This document shows positions 42,379-56,124 of a stretch of 64,000 bases of DNA, piece by piece. The stretch lies in the NCBI GenBank assembly GCA_951406725.2, contig OX597836.1:13268001-13332000 (forward strand). Reading direction: 5' to 3'. How positions within the stretch are numbered: position 1 is the stretch's first letter; every line of letters begins with the position of its first letter. The DNA comes from Octopus vulgaris (Eukaryota). The translations under genes and the position numbers were made by a program. The notes under the pieces are model-generated. The model had not been told where the DNA came from, did no database searches, and saw nothing but the letters and a program-made list of their open reading frames with translations.

Positions 42379-43030
42379 AAAGTTAAAAAAATATACAAAC
42401 TGGGACAAGAACGTGAAACATTTAGAAGACGACACGAAAAACACGGACGGGATATTCGAAGCCCTCAATCATCAGTCAAGAACCGGATCATCTTCGCAAT
42501 TTCGGCTGATTAAGCTTGAGATTGCTCCGATCTGGGCAGACCCCAAGGGAAATCTAAGCCAAGCGCATTAGATTCCTTGGAAGAAAGCCTCGAATGTATA
42601 CAACACAGGGACGGAAAACGGACGTTGTTACACGAATAAAAATACAAAAAAACGTAATAACAATAATGAAGGCACGAATAAGAATACAAAATACGTAAAA
42701 ACAATAATAACAAAACCAGGACGTCAGGACAAGCGTCTTTTCGACAGGACGGGTTAAATTTAGGGCTGGCTATGGAAAAGTGCCTTAAGGCCACAGGAGA
42801 ACAAACAAATACGTGTTGCCACAATAACTGCTGGATGCGAAAAGGCAGTAGTCGCTGGCTGGTCACGTGAGCACAAGAGAGAGGAGAAAGGGACAGATGA
42901 AGAGAGAAAGAAGGGGAACAAGGGAGGAGAAGAAAGAGAGGGAAAGAGACAGGTTAAGTGGGGTGTAAGGTGTGAGAGGCAGAGAAATGTGGGAGAGGGG
43001 GGACGGATGAAGAGAGAAAGAAAGAAGGGG

Positions 43031-43093
<63 letters not shown>

Positions 43094-43161
43094 ATATGTG
43101 ACCGAATATGTATCGTTGGCGATTTTCTTTCTCTGTCTTCCTTCTTTGGGCTTTTTCTATA

Positions 43162-43229
43162 TTTCTGATGAAGAGCTCCGCTCGAAACGTGAAATCCTCT
43201 TTCTTTTCTTTCCTTTCCTGAGCGTCCAA
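43162..43229 (+). ncRNA. Hammerhead-like motif
   Basis: CTGATGA-AGAGCTCCGCTC-GAAACGT...GCGTC; stem I poor. Confidence 0.5.
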
Positions 43230-43292
43230 CAACACTGTACTTATTCCACCTCCTCGTGTTGTTGTTTTTTCTTGCATGTTCATTTTTTGGAT

Positions 43293-43350
<58 letters not shown>

Positions 43351-43450
43351 TAATGCAATACAAAGTATTGCCTTCCAGTAAAAAGTAGCCGTATTTTCCA
43401 GTAAATATCGGTACTTAGTTGTGCCATTTATTTACTAATTTGTATATATT

Positions 43451-43482
<32 letters not shown>

Positions 43483-43509
43483 TATAAAACCTTTTATTTA
43501 GATATTCAG

Positions 43510-43549
43510 CAATTCCAGTCGCTACATGGAAAACTTAACTCCCGTTTAG
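43510..43549 (+). CDS. aGPCR exon 23 (C tail; alternative acceptor at 43502 possible)
   Basis: gatattcag|...|gtaaga; QFQSLHGKLNSRL; phase 0-1, matching the phase-1 reading of exon 24. Confidence 0.65.
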
Positions 43550-44040
43550 GTAAGATAAGATAAGATGTTTGCTGTGGTAGCGAAACATTTGTTAACAAAA
43601 ATGCACAGACTTTGGAGGTTTTTATTTCTTCGTTTGTTTCTTCTTTCACAATTGCTTGAGTTTTCCAACAAATTTTTTCCAACACGCTACAGGTGACTAA
43701 TAATTCAACCATCCAAAAACACCACTGCAACAGTTCTTCTGCCCAGCAGCCTCATTAAACAATCTCTCAAATGTGCATCCTGCTAACTGACCAAATTTTC
43801 TACACTGTGCTTTTGCGTACCTATCTGGCTTACCGATTTTACTCTACTTCTGTCGCCATCTATTTCATACTTACCTTAATTCCTGTGGCCCAAGATTAGC
43901 ATCACGCTCGAAACTCAGTGCACCAGGGAATTTAAATAAAACTGTTTTGATCCATACACACACAAATATGATGTATGTATACATACATAAATATATAAAT
44001 TTATGTAAAAGTATATACATTTATATATGTATGCATATAT

Positions 44041-44184
<144 letters not shown>

Positions 44185-44206
44185 ATATATATATATATGT
44201 GTGTAT

Positions 44207-44281
<75 letters not shown>

Positions 44282-44399
44282 AGACAACCCCTAAAATCAT
44301 AACAGGTACAGGAAATTTTGTATGCATATCACTTGGAACTTCAGAAGGGTCTGCACATAACCATCTATCATTTCTTCTGTAAACTTTTCGATCTTGGTC

Positions 44400-44970
44400 A
44401 AAGTTTGTCTCGTATTAGAAAAACCAAACCAAATCTTCATTTCCTAGATTTTTCAGTTTTTTAAGAGCCTTTTAGTTCTGATGTAGTGATTGTCTTTGCT
44501 TTTTATGACGAATTGACCTTTCCTCACCATATAAAACTTATGTCTGATGTCTTCGTGAACAACATTTCTGACTGTTCCTTCTGACACATGGAGATCTTTT
44601 GCAATTGACTTCGTGGACTTGCTGGCATTGTAATCAATGGTCTGTTGAATTTGCTGGATAAATTCAGGTATTCTGATGATTTCAGAGCGTTTAGAATGCC
44701 TTTTATGCTCTAATACTGGTGATACGTTTCCATCCTGAGTCTCTAGCTCCTTACAAACTTTGTTGACGAAAGATCTCGGAACCTTTAAAAATCGAGATAT
44801 TACTAAATCGCTATGCTCAGCCTTTATAACCACAATAACATGCCTCTTCATTTCTTGAGTAAGTTGAGGGCGTGCCATGATTATTTTCTGAAACAAAAAT
44901 TATAGAGATAGCAAAAAATTCAACAATGACTCCAAAAAGGTATGTCCTCAAATACCTGACGCACCCTGTA
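44400..44970 (-). mobile_element. Tc1/mariner (maT-like) transposon 5' remnant
   Basis: TA-cagggtgcgtc terminus; ORF with paired HTHs (ISRFLKVPRSFV; SIAKDLHVSEGTVRNVVHEDI); no catalytic domain seen. Confidence 0.8.
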
Positions 44971-45332
44971 CTTGTATATCTAGACATGCTCCTGTATACT
45001 TAAATGATAAACTTCTGGAAAGTTTTACAGATTTTTACAGTTCCAGTGACGGCTTGGATCTGTAGTCTTTGAATCAGGTTTTTCTTTCTAGTTTTGAGAA
45101 GCCTAATTTCTCAAGATTGGTATTTAGGCAGTGTGTTACATATCCCAATGTCCATGTATGTATGTATGTATGTATGTATGTATGTATGTATGTATGTATG
45201 TATGTTTGTATGTATGTATGTATGTATGTATGTATGTATGTATGTATGGCTTGATAGTTCCGGGTCAATAAGCTCTGATCTTGGGCAGCCAAGATAAAGC
45301 CTTCACTCTCTGCATTATTATTATTATTATTA

Positions 45333-45911
<579 letters not shown>

Positions 45912-45930
45912 CTGTTGCTTTCTTTTGCAG

Positions 45931-45980
45931 TTCAGGAGGTCAAACAGGAAATAGCTACGAGTCTGAAATACATGAAATGA
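45931..45980 (+). CDS. aGPCR exon 24 (last coding exon, TGA at 45978-45980)
   Basis: Strong acceptor ttgctttcttttgcag|; phase-1 reading VQEVKQEIATSLKYMK*. Confidence 0.68.
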
Positions 45981-46139
45981 CGAATATTTATATAGATATT
46001 TTTGTATATATTTTTATACCTTTTCCACAAGAACTTTTATTTCTTTATTATTTATATACATATATATGTATATGTGAATTTGCTCAACGAAAACAACAAA
46101 AGAACTAACACAAAAAACAACCACAAAAAGCAACTTAAA

Positions 46140-46400
46140 GAACCCGAGAGGCCTGCATGGGGTGGATGTAGGTGTCTCCAAAATCAAGCTGGACCTTTTT
46201 CTGTCAGGTGTCCCAGATGAACCAGCTTCGCGGCAGGAGGTGCAGATGAGGGCAGCTGCATCAAACTCTCTCATGCACCAAATGCCAATTACTAAAAAGC
46301 ATTCGTGAAGTAAAATCATGTAGCAACACCAAATGGCGGTGCCCCAGCATGGCCACAGCTCCTGAGCTGAAACTAGATGAAATGAAAAAAAAAAAAAAAA
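46140..46400 (+). mobile_element. CR1-like LINE 3' fragment (diverged second copy at about 52250-52510)
   Basis: RGLHGVDVGVSKIKLDLFLSGVPDEPASRQEVQMRAAASNSL, then short-repeat and poly-A tail. Confidence 0.65.
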
Positions 46401-48905
46401 AGAAAATACGTGTTTTTCACCTTCCAGGTAATTAATTGCTGGAAAATATTATACCTAAATTATCCAATCGTTTTTTGTACAAAATTAACTCTTTGCTTTT
46501 CCAAAGCATTTTCACATGTTTGTCCTAAACGTCCATGCTTATTTTTCAGACTTTAGTTCACTCTTGTTATGAAATAGCACATGACCTTTTGGTTAGGGAA
46601 TTGCACGCGCAACCACGAGATCGTGATTTCAACTCCTGAACAAGCTGGAGAGTTGCGTTCTTAATCAAAACCCGTCGTCTCACGTTGTTCTGCGTTCACC
46701 CCGACACTCGACGCGTGGTACACCGTGTACCCTGATGAGGCTACGTTGATTTGATGAAGGGAGTGAGTTAATGTACAGTACAAGCATTTGTTTACTTTAA
46801 ACAAATAATTTAAACAAAAATACGAGAGACTGATAATCCTTATTTCATATGTTTTGAGTAACGTAAAGCTTTCCTTTCATAAGTTCCAAGTTACTCTGGT
46901 TGTTGAAACAGATTGAGAAAGTCTATCATATACGATGCATGGAGACCAAGGAAATATGTCCTGCGTATTACATGTGATACACAGGACAGATAAACAAAAG
47001 CTTAGCATATCGGATCAAATTTAAACCATGGTCTGATGCTATATTTCGGTGCTATATTTCGATGCAACGCTCTTTCGACATTTTATTATTATTAACTAAC
47101 TGAAAGGCGGCCAACTGGCAGAAACGTTATCACGCCGGGCGAAATGCTTCTGAGTTCAAATTTCGACGAGGTCGACTTTGTCTTTCATCCTTTCGGGGTC
47201 GATAAAATAAGTACCAGTTGAACATTGAGGTCGATATAATCGACAAATCCCCACCTCTTACCAAGCTGCCGTCGTGATAAAAATTAGAAATAATTATTAA
47301 CTAACTGAAAGGAGGTGAGCTGGCAGAATCGTTAGCACGCCGGGCGAAATGCTTAGTGGTATTTCGCCTATTTTTACGTTCCAAGTTCAAATTCCGCTGA
47401 GGTCGACTATGCCTTTCATCCTTTCGGGGTGATTAAATAAGTACCAGTTACGCACTGGGTTCGATATAATCGACTTAATCCATTTGTCTGTCCTTGTTCG
47501 TCCCCTCTGTGTTTAGCCCCTTGTGGGTAGTAAAGAAATATATATAGTCGATTTAATTCATTTGTCTGTCCTTGTTTGTCTCCTCTGTGTTTAGCCCCTT
47601 GTGGGTAGTAAAGAAACAGGTATTTCACCTGTCTCTGAGTTCAAATTCCGCCGGGATCGACTTTTCCTTTTATCCTTTTGGGGTCAATAAATCAAATGCC
47701 AGTGAAACACTGGGATCGATATAATCGACTTACGCGCTCCCCAGTGCATAACTGGTACTTAACTTATCGACTCCCAAAGGATGAAAGGCAAAGTCGACCT
47801 CGGCGAAATTTGAACTCTGAACGTAGCGACAGACGAAATACCGCTAGGCATTTCGCCCGGCGTGTTAACGTTTCTTATTTCTTTATTGCCCACAAGGGGC
47901 TAAACATAGAAGGAACAAACAAGGCAGACATAGGGATTAAGCCGATTATATCGACCCCAGTGCGTAACTGGTACTTAATTTATCGACTCCGAAAGGATGA
48001 AAGGCAAAGTCGACCTCGGCGGAATTTGAACTCAGAACGTAGCCGCAGACGAAATACCGCTAGGCATTTCGCCCGGCGAGCTAACGTTTCTGCCAGCTCG
48101 CCGCCTTAGAACAGAATATAATTGCTTAAATACAAGGAAAGATCTGATGAAAATACTTCTATGTACGTGAGCCAGCTAATTGCAGTCAAATCTGTAACTG
48201 AGTGAGTGATTGGCCGGTGCGGAATCGTTTGTATTGAAACCAGAAGGTTGATGGTTGCATATTGACATGAATTTGAAGACGAGTTATGCAGTGTATAGAA
48301 GTCGGTCAGTGGAGTGAAGCAATTTGGGTATTTACGAGCTTAGAAACAAAAGCTGCCGAAAGAGGTCAGCATCTTTTAACCATAGTAATTCTATGTATAC
48401 TAATAACAATGAATATGTTTGCTAAGTGCCCTACGTGCATGCTGTGCGTGCTCTGGGTGCTTGTGTGCACGTTAAATGTATGCGGATGTATGCTTGTCGA
48501 AGTGTGTGTGCATGTGCGTGTGTGTTATATACGTGTTCAGATATATGCACACGTGAGTAGAAAGAAGGCGAAACCAATTCGAAAAAAAAAATAAAATAAA
48601 AATAATAATCTTGAAATAAAAAAAAAATCCAGTCGTTTTTTTGTTTGTTTTTTTTTTTACTTTATTCTTTTTTACTCTTTTACTTGTTTCGGTCATGTGA
48701 CTGTAGCCACGCTGGAGAACCGCCTTTTGGTCGAGCAAATCGACTCCCCCCCAGGACTTATTCCTTGTAAGCCCAGTACTTATTCTATCGGTCACTTAAG
48801 CCGAACCGCTAAGTTACGGGGACGTAAACACACCAGCATCGGCTGTCAAGCGATGTTGGGGAGGGACAGACACACCAACATACACACACACACACAAACA
48901 TATAT

Positions 48906-48947
<42 letters not shown>

Positions 48948-49789
48948 CTATCACATCACATGATCACATGACCGACCAGGCTATCAGATGTTGCTACACA
49001 TCGCTGGTCACAATGCGCTTCGCATTGTTTTAGCTTTCAAATGACGCCACCCCGCTGGCTAAGCGAGCAGGCCAATATATATATATATATATATATACAT
49101 ATATACGACGAGCTTCTTTCAGTTTCCGTCTACCAAATCCACTCACAAGGCTTTGGTCGGCCCGAGGCTATAGCAGAAGTCACTTTCCCAAGGTGCCACG
49201 CAGTGTGACTGAACCCGGAACCATGTGGTTCGTAAGCATGCTACTTACCACACAGCCACTCCTACGCCTTTATTTAAAAATGAATTAACAACTGTACTGG
49301 AGAAATCACTTGTTGACTTAATCTCGTCCTTGTCACTGGCTGCATCGGGTGACCCCCTTCGATCAGACACTGACCATAGGTTTGTACCTAGAGAGTTACC
49401 CTCTGAGGCACAAGTCTGGGCAAGGTTGTTTTTATGGAAGACCAGCAGTCGCCCATGCATACCGGCCTCCCCTCTCCACGTCACCGATGTTATCCAAGGG
49501 AAAGGCAAAGGGGCCGATACAGCTTGGCACCTGTGGCATCGCAACTCTTTTCTACAGCTGAGTGAACTGGAGCAACGTGAAATAAAGTGTCTTGCTCAAG
49601 AACACAACACGCAGCCCGGTCCGGGATTCGAGCTCACAACCTCACGATCGTAAGCTCGACGCTCTAACCACTGAGCCAGTAGCAGAATATACTGGTATCT
49701 GTTTGTTGAAGTGGTAGAGCTGGTATGGTTAGAGAGTCGAGGTGAACCGATTCAAGGCGTTTCGATGCTGACCGAATATTTCTTGAAGA

Positions 49790-50100
49790 TGAATAACAAT
49801 AAAAATCACGAGACGAATAATGTTCGTCCTTCCGGTTCGAAGATGACCATTGACATCATTTGGTGGAATTGCCGCTATGAGACCGGAAGTGGCTGGTGAG
49901 GCCAATCCGGGCAAGAAAGCCCCTCCCACAGGTGGGGCAGAAGTTTGTAGGGGCTGTGTTATTGGTGCAGGTGGCTCTGGCTTTCCGCATCTGGCGTTTC
50001 TGTTCTGCTGACTGAATCCGTCTCTCCTCGGCTGTCTTTGCTCCTGTGGTGATTGCGCTGCGCCAGGACGAGCGGTCGGCAGCAAGTGTCTCCCGACGAA
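49790..50100 (-). mobile_element. RTE-clade (BovB-like) LINE 3' fragment
   Basis: ETLAADRSSWRSAITTGAKTAEERR...FCPTCGRGFLARIGLTSHFRSH, typical RTE C-terminus. Confidence 0.85.
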
Positions 50101-50329
50101 TAGGAACTTCTTGGTTGCGTTGGTTGGTACCTGTGGTGTTGCAGGGAGCGCACCGGCATATCTCGGCGGTGTTGCAGAAAATGTTTAATGCACTGAGAAA
50201 CAACGTAGCATGCTTGTGATGCAACCGTCGGTGCCATCAACGTCAGAGAAATAGCGACGGTGCAGATGAGGCTACGAGGACAAGGGGAAAATCAACCACA
50301 GAGAGGAAATTCTCAGTGGGGACAGATCG

Positions 50330-50405
<76 letters not shown>

Positions 50406-50428
50406 TGTGTACGAGTGTGTATGTGTGT

Positions 50429-50461
<33 letters not shown>

Positions 50462-50490
50462 AGTGTGTGTGTGTGTGTGTGTGTATGTGT

Positions 50491-50547
<57 letters not shown>

Positions 50548-50582
50548 TGTGTGTGTGAGTGTGTACGAGTGTGTATGTGTGT

Positions 50583-50618
<36 letters not shown>

Positions 50619-51022
50619 GTGTGTGTGTGTGTGTATGTGTGTGTATGTGTGTGTGTGTGTGTGCGTGTGTGCGAGTGTGTGTGTGCGTGCGAGTGTGTGT
50701 GTGTATGTGTGTGTATGTGTGTATGTATGTGTGTGTGTGTGCGAGTGTGTGTGTGTATGTGTGTGTGTGCGAGTGTGTGTATGTGTGTGTGTGTGAGAGC
50801 GTGTGTGTGCGAACTTGCCTGGTGTTGATATGTTGTGTAGCATTCTTGACAGGTTGACCTGCTGACATCTCGACGGTGTATTTGAAAGGCGCATTGCTCA
50901 GTGTTTAGAGCGTCGAACTGACGATCATGAGATAGTGAGTTCGATTCCCAGACAGGGCTATGTGTTCCACTCTTGACTAAGACTCTTTATTTCACGTTTC
51001 TCCAATTCACTCATATGTAGAA

Positions 51023-51330
51023 ACTAGCACCATGACCCGGCGTTGCCGGGTCTAGTGCTAGTGTCTGTTGTTCGTTGCCGGGTCGCAGTAAAATTTTCTC
51101 ACTAAATCAAGAGCTAAGTTTCTTATCACATTTCAGCCAGGGCCAGTTTTGTTGTTGGGGCTTTTTATGAGAGTAATTAATATTCATTGGACTTCGGTTT
51201 TCACCCCTGGAACGGCATAGTCATGGAAAATTAGTGGGACTGTGCACATGCCAGTTCGATTCGGGTTCGATTCTAAGTGTTTCGCGACTGCCAAATACTT
51301 CTGCTAATGCACACACGCATACATATGTAT
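51023..51330 (-). mobile_element. Helitron 3' portion, related to 22768-23269
   Basis: actagcaccatgacccggcgttgccgggtc is the reverse complement of the Helitron hairpin plus CTAG end; other boundary approximate. Confidence 0.6.
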
Positions 51331-51494
51331 GTATACATACAATAACAGTTTGACCCAGGTCCACTCAGCATCAGAGATTCATGGCATCTGATGAGATGGA
51401 CGTGTCCTATGCGTCCACAATTCTTTAAAATTGCATTTTCAAACCTTCTTTCATATATATTTCCACTCCTGCTGTATCTTATAACTTTACTTTG

Positions 51495-51531
<37 letters not shown>

Positions 51532-51836
51532 CGTGATCACCGTGACCGACTAGGCTATCAGATGTTGCTACATATCGCTGGTCACAATGCGCTTCGCATT
51601 GTTTTAGCCTCAAATGACGCCACCCCGCTGGCAAAGCGAGCAGGCCTACAGAAGAAAGAGTGAGAGAAAGTTGTGGTGAAAGAGTACAGCAGGGATCGTC
51701 CCCCTTCCCTGCCGGAGCCTTGTGGAGCTTTAAGTGTTTTCGCTCAATAAACACTCACAACGCCTGGTCTGGGAATCGAAACCGCGATCCTACGACCGCG
51801 AGTCCGCTGCCCTAACCACTGGGCCATTGCGTCTCT

Positions 51837-51889
<53 letters not shown>

Positions 51890-52112
51890 CATCTCAATCG
51901 AAGGAGAGGAGCTTTCTCCGTCCGGGTTGCGGATCCATGGAACAAGCTACCAGACGAGATGGTGAAGATGCCGACGACCGCTTTGTTCAAAGTCTCCCTT
52001 GACCTCAAGTGGCCTGAACTCTTTACATGAACACTACCCTGTACTTAACTCCACGTCCCCCTACATGGCCTTGCTATTTGCTTTTGAGTCAAATTAACTA
52101 ACTAACTAACAC
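51890..52112 (+). mobile_element. CR1/L2-type LINE 3' fragment
   Basis: RRGAFSVRVADPWNKLPDEMVKMPTTALFKVSLD followed by (ctaa)n tail. Confidence 0.85.
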
Positions 52113-53168
52113 AAGATCCTACAGGGGTCGGTATTAAAGTTTCGCTTCAAGCGTTTTACCAGACCCCGAACTGAACGCCCTTACACTGTTCCAAATGTCC
52201 CACCCTTCTCGTCTAGAATGAGAACTATGGACTGCAAGAGCTTGGGATTCAAATGCCCAGGGGTATTTGACATTTAGTCCAAACGTATGAGAGATCTGCA
52301 TGGGGGGTAGATGTTTTCAAGAAACAACTTGTCCTCCCGCTGTCCAAGGTTCCAGATGAACTTCCATCACGGCAAGGAATTAAAAAAGAGGGCGGTTGCA
52401 TCGAACACCTTCTCTGACTAGGAGACACTCGCAAAGTACGGCCATTGAAAAGGTGATAATGTTGGCGGTGACCTTGCATAGCCACTGTCTTTAACCCGAA
52501 ATGTATAAGGTAATAAAAGAAATATTCGGTCAGCATCGAAACGCCTTGAATCGGTTCACCTCGACTCTCTAACCATACCAGCTCTACCACTTCAGCAAAC
52601 AGATACCAGTATATTCTGCCACTGATGCAGCCAGTGACAAGGACGAGATTAAGTCATCAAGTGATTTCTCCAGTACAGTTGTTAATTCATTTTTAAATAA
52701 AGGCGTAGGAGTGGCTGTGTGGTAAGTAGCATGCTTACGAACCACATGGTTCCGGGTTCAGTCACACTGCGTGGCACATTGGGAAAGTGTCTTCTACTAT
52801 AGCCTCGGGCCGACCAAAGCCTTGTGAGTGGATTTGGTAGACGGAAACTGAAAGAAGCTCGTCGCATATATGTATATATATATATATATATACTCTCACA
52901 TGCACACAAACACATACACACATGCATATACACTCTCACGAGTTCACACACACTCACACACACATACACATACGTACACAGGCAGACTGGTGTACCCTAT
53001 GTCACACGATCGGAAATTGAGAGGCTAATCCAAGCCAAGCCAAGCCAAGACGAGTAGTGTCACACAAAACCAAACCAATTGAAGCCATGACAAGCCAAGC
53101 GAATCCGAGCTAAGCGAAATCAAGCTAAGCTAAGCAAAGCCATTACCGACGTTATACAACTATTCATA

Positions 53169-53556
53169 GTGGAGGCGCAATGGCCCAGTGGTTAGGGCAG
53201 CGGACTCGCGGTCATAGGATCGCGGTTTCGATTCCCAGACCGGGCGTTGTGAGTGTTTATTGAGCGAAAACACCTAAAGCTCCACGAGGCTTCGGTAGGG
53301 GATGGTGGTGATCCCTGCTGTACTCTTTCACCACAACTTTCTCTCACTCTTACTTCCTGTTTCTGTTGTACCTGTATTTCAAGGGGCCGGCCTTGTCACT
53401 CTCTGTGTCACGCTGAATATCCCCGAGAACTACGTTAAGGGTGCACGTGTCTGTGGAGTGCTCAGCCACTTACACGTTAATTTCACGAGCAGGCTGTTCC
53501 GTTGATTCGGATCAACCGGAACCCTCATCGTCGCAACCGACGGAGTGCTTCCTTCC
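53169..53556 (+). mobile_element. tRNA-derived SINE family C, full length
   Basis: Head gtggaggcgcaatggcccagtggttagggcagcggactcgcgg...ggtttcgattccc; TSD tacaactattcata. Other copies 1539-1927(-, TSD aacgatactgt), 34601(+), 36870(+), 51660(-), 53903(+), 56694(+). Confidence 0.9.
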
Positions 53557-54963
53557 TACAACTATTCATATAGTACTTCGGAGAGGCTCTCTTGCTTGTG
53601 GATTATTTCTGTGTGTTTCAGAATGTACGCCCGTTGTTATGTGTGAATGTTTGAATGAAATTCAGATTCTGTCGGCTTGCTTCTTTCTTTAGAAACCAAG
53701 GAAGACAATAATCAGATAGGAGACAATGTCGACCTCGGAGGAATCTGAACACGAAACAGGAGACGGACGAAATGTCGCTAAGCATTTTGTCCGGCGTACT
53801 AACGATTCTGCCTGGTCGCCATCTTATTATGTAGAATTATTGACAATAGTTTTTGTAGACGTAGTAGTAGTTGTATGATTTGTATTGTCTACATCACGAC
53901 GGTGGAGGCACATGGCCTAGTGGTTAGAGCAGCGGGTTCGCAGTCGAGGGATCGCGGGTTCGGATCTCAGACCGGGTGACGTGTGTGTTTATGAGCGAAA
54001 CACCCAAGCCGCTATCGGTTTGTTCCTGTTGCCGTCGATACGTCAGGTGTTCTAGGACCCCGTACTATCGATTTTCTCCACAAAATAGGGATAACGGCAG
54101 CCTGTCGGGGAAACGAGTCCCATGAAGTTGTGTAGCTGCTTTAGTAAATAATCGCTGGCCATTCTCCGTGGCGACACCATCGCGGTGATTACCGCTGGAC
54201 GCCATTGAGCACCTCACTTGTTCTGGGGTATGTAGCCCATCGTTCCCTCTGTCTCCATCTTCCGCTGTTTTACTCACCTTTTTTTTCCTTTCCTTTCTTT
54301 TTCTTTCCTATCTCTCATTTTCCTGCTTCTTTGTATTTTAATAAAAAATAAATGCGCCCTTTTAAAGCCTAGCCAGGCTCATGGGCCCGGTTTCCCGGTT
54401 TCAATGGCGTATGTGTTCCCCAGCTGGACGGGACGCCGGTCCATCGCAGCGTTACTTAATTTTTGCCAGCTGAGTGGACTGGAGCAACGTGAAATGAAGT
54501 GTTTTGCTCAAGAACACAACGCGTCACCCGGTCCAGGAATCGAAACCACAATCTTACGATCATGATGCTGACACCCTAACCACTAAGCCACGCGCTTCCA
54601 CTCTTTGTATTTTAATGTTCCAATAAAATAAAGTAGTGAATAATCAATTATTAGAAATCAAGGGAGACAAGCAATATTTTATGTAAAACTTTTTATTCAA
54701 TTTTTCCGATGCATATTCAACCTTTATATAACTGAACGTGTCAGCATTGCCAACAGTTATTGCAAGGGAGATAATTATTTCTAGACAAATCAGAATATGT
54801 ATAAAAGGCACAGAATGTGTTTATTTAATCATTTTCCTATTCATTACAAATATGCGTTAACCATTTCATCCTTATAAATTATGGTAGCAAGTATGAGAAA
54901 AAGAGAGCCGTGGCATCTCAAGCAACTATTGGAGAACTCTTCCAATATAATATGAAGAAATGA

Positions 54964-55235
54964 TCAGAAGTCATAATCATTTGATTTCGAGCCTCTCTTT
55001 TTAACAGTGAAAGTTATTTTCTCTTTTGTTGAATACTCTCCTTTTCCAGAAACGAATGGTGCAGAGATTTCTCCTCTGACTTGCATTCTCTTAGAATGCG
55101 AGATCGAGAATTCTTCTATTTCGTCTCTATCCAAAGCGATGTCCAGGGCTTTCGATGCGCTGACCAAAGACATTTTTGTAGCAAGTAATTGTTTTCGGAT
55201 ATTTTCTACTGGTGACAGATGATATTCGGATAGAT
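54964..55235 (-). CDS. Terminal coding exon of a convergent, unidentified gene
   Basis: Minus-strand acceptor tttatcgtttcag|; non-repetitive open frame xLSEYHLSPVENIRKQLLATKMSLVSASKALDIALDRDEIEEFSISHSKRMQVRGEISAPFVSGKGEYSTKEKITFTVKKRGSKSNDYDF*; AATAAA downstream near 54820 and 54692. Confidence 0.72.
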
Positions 55236-56059
55236 CTGAAACGATAAATTAATAGTAGTACTATTGAAATATGCAAAGATAATACAAACATAGGCGCAGG
55301 AGTGGCTGTATGGTAAGTAGCTTGCTAACCAACCACATGGTTCCGGGTTCTGTCCCACTGCGTTGCACCTTGGGCAAGTGTCTTCTACTATAGCCTTAGG
55401 CCGACCAAAGCCTTGTGAGTGGATTTGGTAGACGGAAACTGAAAGAAGCCTGTCGTATATATGTATATATATGTATGTTTGTGTGTTTGTGTGTTTGTGT
55501 TTGTCCCCCTAGCATTGCTTGACAACCGATGCTGGCGTGTTTACGTCCCCGTCACTTAGCGGTTCGGCAAAAGAGACCGATAGAATAAGTACTGGCCTTA
55601 CAAAGAATAAGTCCCGGGGTCGATTTTCTCGACTAAAGGCGGTGCTCCAGCATGGCCGCAGTGAAATGACTGAAACAAGTAGAAGAGTAAAAGAGAAAAG
55701 AGTATATGTTGTGTTGAATTATTGGTTTCAAAATTTTGGCATAAGGACAGCAATTTTTAACCCCCTTTTTTTTTACCTTTTCTTTCTGTTTCTTTCTTAT
55801 CTCTCTTGCTAGAAATCAAGGGAGACAAACAATACTTTACTCTTTTACTCTTTTATACTTTTAATTGTTTCAGTCATTTGACTGTGGCCATGCTGGAGCA
55901 CCGCCTTTAGCCGAGCAAATCGACCCCAGGACTTATTCTTTGTAAGCCTAGCACTTATTCTATCGGTCACTTTTTCCGAGCCGCTAAGTTACGGGTACGT
56001 AAACACACCAGCATCAGTTGTCAAGCGATGTTGGGGAGGGACAAACACAGACACACCAG

Positions 56060-56124
<65 letters not shown>

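Noticed and set aside
42440-42480. CUGANGA...CGAAU motifs in a repeat family (also about 7820 and 24130, minus strand)
   Set aside because: GAAA is replaced by GAAU and no convincing stem III or cleavage triplet could be drawn
53172-53245. tRNA-like sequences with A and B boxes
   Set aside because: They continue into SINE bodies with TSDs, so they are SINE heads rather than tRNA genes
54065-54277. 70-aa GC-richer minus-strand ORF
   Set aside because: No recognisable motif or splice context, and it lies between SINE fragments
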